Assembly: GCA_963662945.1 (NCBI GenBank)
Contig: OY759974.1
Location: forward strand, 1,440,001-1,504,000
From: Arcobacteraceae bacterium
GTDB taxonomy: Bacteria > Campylobacterota > Campylobacteria > Campylobacterales > Arcobacteraceae
Length of the DNA: 64,000 bases
Reading direction: 5' to 3'
The stretch's first letter is position 1, and every line of letters begins with the position of its first letter. Shown here piece by piece: positions 51,404 to 60,824 of this stretch. The notes beneath the pieces are model-generated. The model was not told where the DNA came from. It made no database searches and worked only from the letters and a program-made list of their open reading frames with translations. The position numbers were made by a program, and so were the translations under genes.

Positions 51404-53631
51404 TTATAATTAAAACTAAACTCTTCTCCTTTATAGTCTATTGTAACATTCCCACCATCTTTTAAAGCTCCAAAGAGAATTTCATCTGTTAGTGGTGTTT
51501 TGATATATTCTGTAATAACTCTTTGAAGTGGTCTCGCTCCCATAAGTTTATCATATCCTTTGTGTGCTAATTCTTTTTTCGCATTGGTTGTTAACTTAAT
51601 AGTTATATTTTTATCAGCTAAATTAGCTTCTAAATCTTTAATAAACTTAGTTACAATTTTTAATAATATTGGTTGTGTAAGTTGTTCAAATTTTACAACA
51701 GTATCAAGTCTATTTCTAAACTCTGGTGCAAAGAATTTTTTTACAGCTTTATCTTCATTAAGATTATCATCTTTTGCAAATCCCATAATACTAGCTTGAG
51801 TTGCACCAAGGTTTGATGTCATAATTAATATAACATTTTGAAAACTAGCTACAGTACCATTATTATCTGTAAGGGTTGCATTATCCATAACTTGTAGAAG
51901 TAAAGACATAAGATCAGGATGTGCTTTTTCAATTTCATCTAGAAGTAATACAGTGTGAGGATGTTTTTTAATAGATTCTGTTAATAATCCCCCTTTCTCA
52001 TAACCAATATATCCAGCAGGGGCACCAATAAGACGACTTACTGTATGTGCTTCTCCATATTCAGACATATCAAATCTTTCAAAATGAATACCCATAACGT
52101 GAGCTAATTCTTTAGCAACTTCGGTTTTTCCAACTCCTGTACTTCCTGTAAATAAGAAACTACCTACTGGCTTATTGTCTATACCCATACCAGATCGATT
52201 TATTTTAATTGATTTTACAATTGTTTTAATTGCTTCGTCTTGACCAAATACTCTTTTTTGAAGATTTAGTTCTAGATTTTTTAACAAACTTAAATCTGAT
52301 TTAGTTGCAGTTTTTGGTGGAATTTGGGCAATATTTGCAATTGTATTTTCTACATCTTTTTCTGTAATTTTAACAATTTTCCCTTTTTTAGAAAGCTTCA
52401 CTGTTGCTGCAACTTCATCTATTACATCAATTGCACTATCTGGTAAAAATCTATCGTTAATAAATTTTTTACTTAATTCAACGGCTAATTTTAAACTCTC
52501 CCCAGTATATTGTACATTGTGAAACTCTTCATATTTTGCTTTTAAGCCTTCTAGAATTAATACACAATCATCAAGAGAAGGCTCTTTTACTTCAACTTTT
52601 GCAAATCGTCTACTAAAAGCTTTATCTTTTCCAAAGTCATTTCGATATTCTTCATAAGTTGTAGCACCAATAACTCTGAGTTTTCCTGAACTAAGCATAG
52701 GTTTTAAGATATTTGATGCATCCATTGCACTATTTCCTACACTTCCTGCACCCACTACTGTATGGATTTCATCTATGAAAAGAATAGCATTTTTCTTTCT
52801 ACTTACCTCTTGCAAAACAGCTTTGAGTTTCTTCTCAAAATCACCTCTGTATTTAGTTCCAGCAATCATCGAACCCATATCTAAAGAATATATTTTTGCA
52901 TCACGTAGAAATTCAGGTACTTTTTCATTTACAATTTCTAATGCTAATCCTTCTGCAATGGCAGTTTTCCCAACACCAGTTTCCCCTAAAAGAATTGGAT
53001 TGTTTTTCTTTCTTCTTGCTAATATTTCAATAACTCTTTTTATCTCTTTATCACGTCCAATAACAGGATCAATTTGTCCCTCTTTAGCAAGGGACACAAG
53101 TTCAACACTATTTTGTTGCAAAGGTGTTTCTTGAGTTTTCTTTTTGTAATCTTTTACTTTACTAAATTCAAGTGGTGTATCATCATCTTCTTGTTCTCTA
53201 GATTCTCCATGGCTTATCTCTTCAAGAATATCAATTCTTTCTAAACCATATTCTCTTAAAAGAAAAGTACAATATGCTTTTTCATCTTTTAGGATATAGA
53301 CGAACATATCTTCAACTGTTGATTCTCCTTTTCCTGAAAGTTGAGAATGTGAAACCATTTGTTCTATTGTAGTAGTTAATGTAACTGTTTCTATTGGATC
53401 TTCATTTTTATATTCTTCAGGATATTGTGGAGTGTTTTCTAGAATATAATTTTTTAGTTTTATTTCAACATCTTCAACATCTATGTTTAATTGATTTAAA
53501 ATACCAAAAATAGACTGTTCTTTTAAAAGATAGACAAAAATATGTTCAATTGTTATATATTCATGTCTATTTGCTCTTGCATAGTTTACTGCTTCAGAAA
53601 ATACTCTTTGTAGATTTTTACTTATTAACAT
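51400..53631 (-). CDS. clpA: ATP-dependent Clp protease ATPase subunit
   Basis: HEYITIEH, two Walker A motifs (GETGVGKT, GSTGVGKT), RFDMSEY, FAPEFRNRLD. Follows clpS. Confidence 0.96.
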   Translation of the reverse strand: MLISKNLQRVFSEAVNYARANRHEYITIEHIFVYLLKEQSIFGILNQLNIDVEDVEIKLKNYILENTPQYPEEYKNEDPIETVTLTTTIEQMVSHSQLSGKGESTVEDMFVYILKDEKAYCTFLLREYGLERIDILEEISHGESREQEDDDTPLEFSKVKDYKKKTQETPLQQNSVELVSLAKEGQIDPVIGRDKEIKRVIEILARRKKNNPILLGETGVGKTAIAEGLALEIVNEKVPEFLRDAKIYSLDMGSMIAGTKYRGDFEKKLKAVLQEVSRKKNAILFIDEIHTVVGAGSVGNSAMDASNILKPMLSSGKLRVIGATTYEEYRNDFGKDKAFSRRFAKVEVKEPSLDDCVLILEGLKAKYEEFHNVQYTGESLKLAVELSKKFINDRFLPDSAIDVIDEVAATVKLSKKGKIVKITEKDVENTIANIAQIPPKTATKSDLSLLKNLELNLQKRVFGQDEAIKTIVKSIKINRSGMGIDNKPVGSFLFTGSTGVGKTEVAKELAHVMGIHFERFDMSEYGEAHTVSRLIGAPAGYIGYEKGGLLTESIKKHPHTVLLLDEIEKAHPDLMSLLLQVMDNATLTDNNGTVASFQNVILIMTSNLGATQASIMGFAKDDNLNEDKAVKKFFAPEFRNRLDTVVKFEQLTQPILLKIVTKFIKDLEANLADKNITIKLTTNAKKELAHKGYDKLMGARPLQRVITEYIKTPLTDEILFGALKDGGNVTIDYKGEEFSFNYN

Positions 53632-53634
53632 TTT

Positions 53635-53931
53635 TTATTCCTCTTGCGCTATTGCTTTTAATGGAAAGTTAGCTTTTCTTGCCATTGTTTTTACTTGGGC
53701 TACTTTTGTATACGCAATTTCTTTTGTATAGATACCACATAAGCCTTTACCATTATTGTGTACATTGAGCATAATCGTTTCCGCTTCACTAAGTGACTTT
53801 CTAAAGATTTTTGTTAAAACTTCAATAACAAATTCCATAGTAGAAAAATCATCGTTAAGTAATAATACTTTATATTTCTTTGGTTCTGCTAAATCTAACT
53901 CATCATCTAATTTATATTCATAACTTGCCAA
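53635..53931 (-). CDS. clpS: Clp protease adaptor
   Basis: YKVLLLNDDFSTMEFV, MLNVH..G, FPLK. Confidence 0.96.
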   Translation of the reverse strand: MASYEYKLDDELDLAEPKKYKVLLLNDDFSTMEFVIEVLTKIFRKSLSEAETIMLNVHNNGKGLCGIYTKEIAYTKVAQVKTMARKANFPLKAIAQEE

Positions 53932-53934
53932 TTT

Positions 53935-55551
53935 TTACCCTTTATTTATTGTACACTTTAAAGCACTTTGCACTAGTTGTTCCGCTACCAATTCATTTTC
54001 GTTGATGAAACTATCTATTTTTAAATCTTTAAAGTCATCTATTTGTGCTTTATGTGAAACTTTTAATACAATTGTAATAGTTGGATCAATACTATTAATT
54101 GTTTCACAAATAAGTCTAATTTTTTCATCATTATCAATCGCTATTATAACAGCAGTTGCATTTTTAACAAATAAAGAATTTAGCATAGTTTTAGAAGCAG
54201 CATTTCCAAAAAATACAATGTCACCTTTTGCATGTCCCTCTTTAACATGTTGTCTATCATGTTCAATTGCTACATATGCTAAATTTGAATTTCGTAAGTT
54301 TTTTACAATTTTTTGTCCCAAAATTGAGTAACCACATACAATAATATGATTTTTGATATCCGCACTTACCATCGGTTCTTCTAATATTTCAGTTCTTTGA
54401 GAATAAAATAGATTTGTAAATGCTCTTACATGTCTTAATACAAGTGAAGTAAAAATCAATGATATTATAACAACAGAAATCATAATTTGATTGAGTTCAT
54501 TACTTATGAGTTGATTTGTACTTGCAAGGGCAAGAACAGCAAAAGAAAACTCTCCAACTTGTGCTAAAGCAAGTGCTGTTTTGATTGCTCTTTTTGTAAA
54601 GGTAAATATTCTTACAATTAAAAATATTATAACGACTTTTAATGCTAAAATGGCAATTGATAATCCAATTATTATAAAAAAGTTTTCAAAAATAGTAGGA
54701 ATATTTACTTGCATACCAACTGAAATGAAAAAAATTCCTAATAAAATATCTCTGAATGGAACAAGGTCTGCTTCTATTTGATATTTATATTTTGTTTCAG
54801 CAATAAGCATACCTGCTAAAAATGCTCCAAGTGAGTGTGAAAATCCAAAACTATATGCAAGCCAAGCTGATGACAATACAATAAGAAGTATAGCTATTAT
54901 AAAAAGTTCCTCAGTATGACTATCTACAACATGTGCTAAAAACTTTTCTAATACATAAAAACCTAATATAAATAAAATGACACCAACAACAATAGCAGAC
55001 AAGATAGTATTAAAAACCATTGTACTTAAAGAAGCTTCTGCATTTGAAAGGATAGTAATCATTAGTAAAATAGGGATAACTGCCAAATCTTGAAATATCA
55101 AAATACCAACACTGTTTCGTCCATAAGGTCTATGAATATCACCATTTTCATTTAAAACTTTTAAAACTATGGCAGTTGAAGATAACGCAAGGGCAGAACC
55201 AATTACTAAAGAAGTTTTCATATCTAATGAGAATATTTTATTTGCAATAAAAGTAAAAATAATAGTGGTCACTATTACTTGTAAACTTCCAAAAACAAAT
55301 ACCTCTTTTTTCATTTGTTTTAGGTGATTTACTGAAAATTCTAAACCAATGGTAAACATTAAAAATACAATACCATATTCTGCAATATGATTTACATAAT
55401 TATTGTTAATGTGAATAAAATCAGTAAAGGAAACTATAACAATACCTGTAAAAATATAACCAACTATTGGTGAAATGTTAATCTTTTTTAATATAAGATT
55501 TAAAATTAATGATAAAAATAGTGTAAACACTATAACTGTTAATATATCCAT
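53935..55551 (-). CDS. CPA2 cation:proton antiporter with TrkA-N domain (KefB/C-like)
   Basis: FLMFTIGLE, LSSTAIV, FQD, AQVGEFSF, HIIVCGY. Start ATG 55551 after GAGGA. Confidence 0.92.
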   Translation of the reverse strand: MDILTVIVFTLFLSLILNLILKKINISPIVGYIFTGIVIVSFTDFIHINNNYVNHIAEYGIVFLMFTIGLEFSVNHLKQMKKEVFVFGSLQVIVTTIIFTFIANKIFSLDMKTSLVIGSALALSSTAIVLKVLNENGDIHRPYGRNSVGILIFQDLAVIPILLMITILSNAEASLSTMVFNTILSAIVVGVILFILGFYVLEKFLAHVVDSHTEELFIIAILLIVLSSAWLAYSFGFSHSLGAFLAGMLIAETKYKYQIEADLVPFRDILLGIFFISVGMQVNIPTIFENFFIIIGLSIAILALKVVIIFLIVRIFTFTKRAIKTALALAQVGEFSFAVLALASTNQLISNELNQIMISVVIISLIFTSLVLRHVRAFTNLFYSQRTEILEEPMVSADIKNHIIVCGYSILGQKIVKNLRNSNLAYVAIEHDRQHVKEGHAKGDIVFFGNAASKTMLNSLFVKNATAVIIAIDNDEKIRLICETINSIDPTITIVLKVSHKAQIDDFKDLKIDSFINENELVAEQLVQSALKCTINKG

Positions 55552-55647
55552 TTTTCCTCTTTGAAAGTAACACATACTTTATAATATTTGAATTTAACAT
55601 AATTTTTTGTATAATGAACTTAAATAATGAATTTAAGGGTATGTAAT

Positions 55648-56028
55648 ATGAAATATGGTGAACAAGAGATAGTTGAATTTGATATAAATAAAGAAGAAAA
55701 CTATTGGCCAAATGAACATGAAAAAAATTACCTTATAGATATAGAACTTCCAGAGTTTATGGCAAAATGTCCAAGAAGTGGATATCCTGATTTTGCAGTA
55801 TTAAGATTACAATATGTACCAAACGAAAAAGTGATTGAACTAAAGGCTTTAAAGATTTATATTAATACTTTTATGTATAGAGAAATTTCTCATGAAAATG
55901 GTGCAAATGAGATTTATGATACCTTATATAAAAATCTTCAACCAAAAAAGATGAAGCTTGTAGCTGATTTTAAACCAAGAGGAAATGTTCATACAGTTAT
56001 CACTATAGATAGTGAAGAAAACAATTAG
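55648..56028 (+). CDS. queF: 7-cyano-7-deazaguanine reductase (type I)
   Basis: PEFMAKCPRSGYPDFA, ELKALKIY, SHE, PRG. Confidence 0.94.
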   Translation: MKYGEQEIVEFDINKEENYWPNEHEKNYLIDIELPEFMAKCPRSGYPDFAVLRLQYVPNEKVIELKALKIYINTFMYREISHENGANEIYDTLYKNLQPKKMKLVADFKPRGNVHTVITIDSEENN

Positions 56029-56040
56029 GAAAAAGTAGCG

Positions 56041-56676
56041 TTGAAACAATTAGTATCAAGTAATGAAGCAGCAAATATTTTAGGCTTATCTTTACAAGGG
56101 ATACATTATCGTATAAAAAAAGGGCAGTTAGAATCTATAAAACAAGATGGTAAAATATATGTTTATATAGATAGCTCAAATATAAAAAATCAACATCAAA
56201 ATACTACTTCTTCAACAAATCAAAACAAATCATTGAATGATCAAGCAATTCACTTAAGTGAATTAGCTTTAAAATCTAAAGATGAACAAATTTCAATTTT
56301 GAAAAAAACCATTAAATTTATGAGAAGACAATATACTTCTGAGATACACAGACTTGATAAAAATCAACAAAAAATATTAAATGTATTTCAAAGTGAAGTT
56401 GATTTATTAAAAAGTGCATTTAATGAGATGAAATCAATCTATCAAGTTGAACATCAAGAGAAGCAGGAACAATCTAACCAGCACTCTCATCAAATAGGGT
56501 TACCATTTATGAATCTTAAAGAATTTTTTATTCTTATGCGAAACTACAATAAAACAGATAGTCAAATCAAAGCTATTATTTTAAATAAAATTAAGAGTGG
56601 TGATAAAAGATTTATTTATAAAAAAGATACAAAAGAGGTAATTATATTTAAAAATGATTTTTTAGATTTGATCTAA
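56041..56676 (+). CDS. HTH + coiled-coil putative DNA-binding protein
   Basis: EAANILGLSLQGIHYRIKKG MerR/Xis-like HTH, then KDEQI coiled coil. Confidence 0.78.
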   Translation: MKQLVSSNEAANILGLSLQGIHYRIKKGQLESIKQDGKIYVYIDSSNIKNQHQNTTSSTNQNKSLNDQAIHLSELALKSKDEQISILKKTIKFMRRQYTSEIHRLDKNQQKILNVFQSEVDLLKSAFNEMKSIYQVEHQEKQEQSNQHSHQIGLPFMNLKEFFILMRNYNKTDSQIKAIILNKIKSGDKRFIYKKDTKEVIIFKNDFLDLI

Positions 56677-56997
56677 AAAAACATTTTGAACAGATACGGT
56701 ACAGTTAGGTAAGATATCTGGTTTAGTGATTTGAATATTGAGTGCTGAAATATTATATTTTTTATAAAGTTTTTTTTCTAGAAAAATAATAGCATCTTCA
56801 ATAAGTCCAAATTGTTTTGTTTTCATTGTTTTTTTAACTAGCTTTGCAACTTTACTATAATCAATAAATTCTTTGTCTTGTTTGTAAAAAACATACTCAA
56901 AATCAATATTTACTATAACTTTTTGAGGCTCTTCTCTTTCAAATGGAAGAATACCAATAATTGTTTTAAATGAAAGTTCTTTTATAAAAACTTTCAT
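56662..56997 (-). CDS. folB: Dihydroneopterin aldolase
   Basis: IIGILPFERE.PQ, IDYSKV, LIE, ITKP. Follows plsY. Confidence 0.9.
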   Translation of the reverse strand: MKVFIKELSFKTIIGILPFEREEPQKVIVNIDFEYVFYKQDKEFIDYSKVAKLVKKTMKTKQFGLIEDAIIFLEKKLYKKYNISALNIQITKPDILPNCTVSVQNVFLDQI

Positions 56998-57013
56998 ATT
57001 ATGAGGTTGATTA

Positions 57014-57637
57014 TTAGGCAACTTTTGTTTCCTCTCCTTTAATAAGTCTTATTATATTTGGAATATGTTTATAAAAGATAATAAAAGTAATAATGTACAT
57101 AGGTGCATTAGAATCAACTCCAAGCCCATTTTGAAGGAATATTGCAGAGATAACCACTGCAACCAGACCTAAAAGAGATGAGATAGATGAAATTTTTAAA
57201 ACTTTTGCACAAAATCCCCATACAACAGCACCTATTACTGTAGGAATAGGAATTAATACCAAAAATACACCAAGACCAGTGGCAACTCCTTTTCCTCCTT
57301 CAAAGCTTAGGTAAATACTATAACAATGACCAAGTACACTTAAGATTGCTATTGCCCATAATGTTTCTAAGGGCATATTCATAAGCATAGCAACTACTAC
57401 TATAAGTAGTCCTTTGAGTGCATCTAAAATAACAGTTGTAATACCAAGTTTTTTAGCTAAAGCTGGATTAGTTTGTTTTACAACTCTTAAAACATTTGTA
57501 GCCCCTATACTTTTGCTACCATGTTCTTTTACATTTACACCTGCATATTTTTTTGCTAATAATAAACCAAATGGGATTGACCCTACAAGATAAGCAACAA
57601 TATAAAATATGATATTTGGATTTGAGAAAAATTCCAT
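57014..57637 (-). CDS. plsY: Glycerol-3-phosphate acyltransferase
   Basis: YLVGSIPFG, GSKSIGATNVLR, GGKGVAT, HIPNIIRL..GEE. Confidence 0.96.
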   Translation of the reverse strand: MEFFSNPNIIFYIVAYLVGSIPFGLLLAKKYAGVNVKEHGSKSIGATNVLRVVKQTNPALAKKLGITTVILDALKGLLIVVVAMLMNMPLETLWAIAILSVLGHCYSIYLSFEGGKGVATGLGVFLVLIPIPTVIGAVVWGFCAKVLKISSISSLLGLVAVVISAIFLQNGLGVDSNAPMYIITFIIFYKHIPNIIRLIKGEETKVA

Positions 57638-57692
57638 ACATTTCCTTTTAAAAATAATTACGTATTTTATCCAAATCTGCTTTGAAATTGAA

Positions 57693-57708
57693 TTAACAAG
57701 TGCTTAAC
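57693..57708 (+). promoter_or_regulatory. Putative regulator box TTAAC-N6-TTAAC upstream of NosL gene 1
   Basis: TTAAC-AAGTGC-TTAAC, 10 nt upstream of TATTAT (TG extension). Confidence 0.5.
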
Positions 57709-57752
57709 TTTATTTTGTTATTATTATCTTATAAATATTAAAAGGAAAATTT

Positions 57753-58892
57753 ATGTTTAAAAGTTTATTGGTAATGTTTTTTATAAGTCTTATCTCTTTA
57801 CAAGGAGTTGTATTTGAGAAAAAAGCAACAGTATCTCCTGTTTTAGTGCAACAAGAAAAAGGAAAATTTTGGTGTCCTGTTTCTGGAGAAAAAATAGAAG
57901 ATTTTTATAAAACATCTTACATTGCAAAATTAAAAATGAATGGAAATAATAGACAATACTGTAGCTTAAGATGTTTAGTCATAGATATGGATGAATATGG
58001 AATAGATTTAGATTCAATTGAGGTCTTAGATATAACATCACAAAAATATATAAAAGCTAAAAGTGGTTACTTTGTGGTTGGAAGTAAAGTTGATGGTAGT
58101 TTATCTAGTGTAAGTAAATTAGCTTTTCAAAACATCAATGATGCACAACAGTTTGTCAAAAAGTATAAAGGAAAGATTGTTGATTTTCAAGAGGCACTTT
58201 CTGTAGCTAAAGAATCTTTGGAAAAAGATAATGAGATGATATTAAAGAAAAAGAAGAAAAAAATATATCCTAAAGGGAAAAATATATTTGATAAAGTATG
58301 TCAAAAAGAGAAAATAGACCCAACAGATTTTATTGAAATTAATGAATTAAAACAAGAAATAGTGGATAAAAAACTTTGTAAACCTTTAAAAGAAAAGGAT
58401 TTACAAGCAGTAGCTTTATATATTTGGGAAGTAAAAAGATTTGGAGATTTGAGTACTTTAGAAGACAAAGTACAAGTAACTGAAGATGAGAAGTGTCCTG
58501 TCTGTGGAATGTACACATATAAATATCCAAGATGGGCAGCACAAATTTTTTATGAAGAGGGAGAACAAAAAAAGCATTGGTCATTTGATGGAGTAAAAGA
58601 CCTTATGAAGTTTTATTTTGATCCATTAAGATGGGGAAATTATAAAATAGCAAAAAAAGAAAATATAGTAAAAATATTAGTGACAGATTATTATTCTCAA
58701 AAAGGGATTGATGGTACCAAAGCATATTATGTAATAAGAAGTGATGTTTATGGTCCAATGGGACATGAACTTATTCCTTTTGAATCTTTATCAGATGCCC
58801 AAACCTTTAAAAAAGATCATTTTGGGAAAAAAATAATTCAATTTTCAGATATATTAGAAGATGAGGTGTATCAATTAGATTTTAACGAATAG
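57753..58892 (+). CDS. Exported NosL-family metal-binding protein, two NosL-like domains
   Basis: Signal peptide, CPVSG...YCSLRC...AFQNINDAQQF, then CPVCGM...FDGVKDL...GPMGHELIPF...AQTF. Confidence 0.85.
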   Translation: MFKSLLVMFFISLISLQGVVFEKKATVSPVLVQQEKGKFWCPVSGEKIEDFYKTSYIAKLKMNGNNRQYCSLRCLVIDMDEYGIDLDSIEVLDITSQKYIKAKSGYFVVGSKVDGSLSSVSKLAFQNINDAQQFVKKYKGKIVDFQEALSVAKESLEKDNEMILKKKKKKIYPKGKNIFDKVCQKEKIDPTDFIEINELKQEIVDKKLCKPLKEKDLQAVALYIWEVKRFGDLSTLEDKVQVTEDEKCPVCGMYTYKYPRWAAQIFYEEGEQKKHWSFDGVKDLMKFYFDPLRWGNYKIAKKENIVKILVTDYYSQKGIDGTKAYYVIRSDVYGPMGHELIPFESLSDAQTFKKDHFGKKIIQFSDILEDEVYQLDFNE

Positions 58893-58897
58893 TTAAC
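58882..58897 (+). promoter_or_regulatory. Putative regulator box TTAAC-N6-TTAAC upstream of NosL gene 2
   Basis: TTAAC-GAATAG-TTAAC, 11 nt upstream of TACAAT (58909-58914). Confidence 0.5.
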
Positions 58898-58939
58898 AGA
58901 TGCTAAGATACAATATATAAATTTTTACAAAGGACAAAA

Positions 58940-59659
58940 ATGAAAAAATTAGTTATAAGTTTATTGACAATAGTGTCACTATGTACAGTAGGTTCTTTTG
59001 CTATGAATCCAAATGGAACAGGGATGAAAGATGGTAAAGGGATGGATAATTATAGAGCCGTACCACCAAGTAAAGATACAATTATTCAAGATGGTAAGAA
59101 TAAAATGTATTGTCCTGTATGTGGTATGACTTTACCAATGTTTTATAGAACAAACCATGCTGCAACTGAAAATGGACATACACATCAGTACTGTTCAATT
59201 GTATGTGAAGTAGAAGATGCTGTAAAAAATGGAAAAAAACTTGAAAATCATAAAGTTGTAGATAATACTACATTAAAGTTTATTGATGCTAATAAAGCTT
59301 TTTTTGTAGTTGGAAGTAAAAAACCAGGTACTATGAGTGTTATAAGTAAATATGCTTTTGGAACAAAAGAAGCTGCTCAAAAATTTGCAGATCAATTTGG
59401 TGGAGAGATTATGAATTTTGATGCTGTTTATAAAATGGTAGAAAAAAACTTAGAAAAAGATTTACAAGCTACTAAAATGAAACAATCAAAAATGGCAGAA
59501 ATGGGTGAAATGATATACAATAAAATGTGTCAAAAAACTGATAAAAGATTTACTTCAGTAGCTGATGCTAAAACATTTTTAACAACAAGTGGTATTTGTG
59601 GAAAAATTCAAGGAAAAAAACACCAACAAGTAGCACTTTTCTTATCAAATAAAAAATAA
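58940..59659 (+). CDS. Exported NosL-family protein, one NosL-like domain
   Basis: Signal peptide, CPVCGM, HQYCSIVC, AFFVVGS..PGTMS, AFGTKEAAQKF...GG. Confidence 0.85.
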   Translation: MKKLVISLLTIVSLCTVGSFAMNPNGTGMKDGKGMDNYRAVPPSKDTIIQDGKNKMYCPVCGMTLPMFYRTNHAATENGHTHQYCSIVCEVEDAVKNGKKLENHKVVDNTTLKFIDANKAFFVVGSKKPGTMSVISKYAFGTKEAAQKFADQFGGEIMNFDAVYKMVEKNLEKDLQATKMKQSKMAEMGEMIYNKMCQKTDKRFTSVADAKTFLTTSGICGKIQGKKHQQVALFLSNKK

Positions 59660-59667
59660 TAATTTTG

Positions 59668-59697
59668 AAATACAAAATCCTTAAGGATTTTGTATTT
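59668..59697. terminator. Perfect 30-bp palindrome after NosL gene 2 (likely terminator)
   Basis: AAATACAAAATCCTT|AAGGATTTTGTATTT. Confidence 0.7.
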
Positions 59698-59826
59698 ACC
59701 AAACTTAACACTACACTTTATACTTTCACTATAATTACCTTTACTCTCTAAAATTCAGTAGTCACTAAATGAAAATTTGTTATATTATAAAATTAAGAGA
59801 AACAAATTTTAGGATATAAAATAAAT

Positions 59827-60819
59827 ATGAACATAAAAGAAGAAATAGTTAAGCTTAAAAAAGAGCTTGATGTAACTATTGTTGCACACTTTTATCAAAA
59901 AGATGAAGTATTTGAAATGGCTGATATTGTAGGAGATAGTCTAGAATTGGCAAAAAAATCTATGGTGGCACCAACACAAAATGTTATTTTTTGTGGGGTT
60001 GGATTTATGGGTCAAAGCCTTAAAGTATTAGCGCCGCAAAAAAGAGTATTGATGCCAAAGATTGCTTGTTGTGCAATGGCAAAAATGATAGATGTTGATT
60101 ATTATAATATGAATTTAAAAATACTCAATGAAGCAGGAATATCTAATGATGATATTCTTCCTATAACATATATTAACTCAAGTGCAGAAGTAAAAGCAGA
60201 AGTTGGGAAAATGGGTGGATATGTTTGTACAAGTTCTAATGCATATAAAATTATCAATAAAGGTTTAGAAAGTGGTAAAAAAATATTTTTTGTGCCAGAT
60301 AGATGTCTAGGGCAAAACTTTGCAAAACAAATTGGACTAAAATCAGCTGTTGTTGGAATTGATGATATTGAAGATGTAAAAAGTGCAGATATAATTTGTT
60401 TTAATGGATTTTGTTCTGTACATCAACTGTTTACTCCAGAAGATGTGGATTTTTATAGAGAAAAATATCCAGAGATATTAGTTGCTGTTCACCCAGAGTG
60501 TGATCCTGCTGTGGTAGAAAAAGCTGATTTTGTAGGAAGTACTTCTCAACTGATAAAATATATTACAGAAGATATCTCACCTGAACAAAAAGTTGTGGTT
60601 GGAACTGAATTTAACATGGTTAATCGGTTAAGAGATAAAAATACTTATGTATTAAGTTCTACAAAACCTGAGTGTCCAACAATGAATGAAACAACATTAG
60701 AGGATTTGTATAACACATTATTATCAATTAAAAATAAAACTTATGATAATGAAATAACAATTAGTGAAGATGTAGCGAAATACGCAAAAATAGCATTAGA
60801 TAGAATGTTTGAGGTTTAA
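59827..60819 (+). CDS. nadA: Quinolinate synthase
   Basis: AHFYQ, GDSL, FCGV.FM, YINS, CTSSN, CSVH, HPEC, CPTM. Confidence 0.96.
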   Translation: MNIKEEIVKLKKELDVTIVAHFYQKDEVFEMADIVGDSLELAKKSMVAPTQNVIFCGVGFMGQSLKVLAPQKRVLMPKIACCAMAKMIDVDYYNMNLKILNEAGISNDDILPITYINSSAEVKAEVGKMGGYVCTSSNAYKIINKGLESGKKIFFVPDRCLGQNFAKQIGLKSAVVGIDDIEDVKSADIICFNGFCSVHQLFTPEDVDFYREKYPEILVAVHPECDPAVVEKADFVGSTSQLIKYITEDISPEQKVVVGTEFNMVNRLRDKNTYVLSSTKPECPTMNETTLEDLYNTLLSIKNKTYDNEITISEDVAKYAKIALDRMFEV

Positions 60820-60824
60820 ACTTA

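Noticed and set aside
57753-59659. NosL genes as evidence of N2O respiration, or as c-type cytochromes
   Set aside because: No nosZ/D/F/Y here and no CxxCH motif in either protein.
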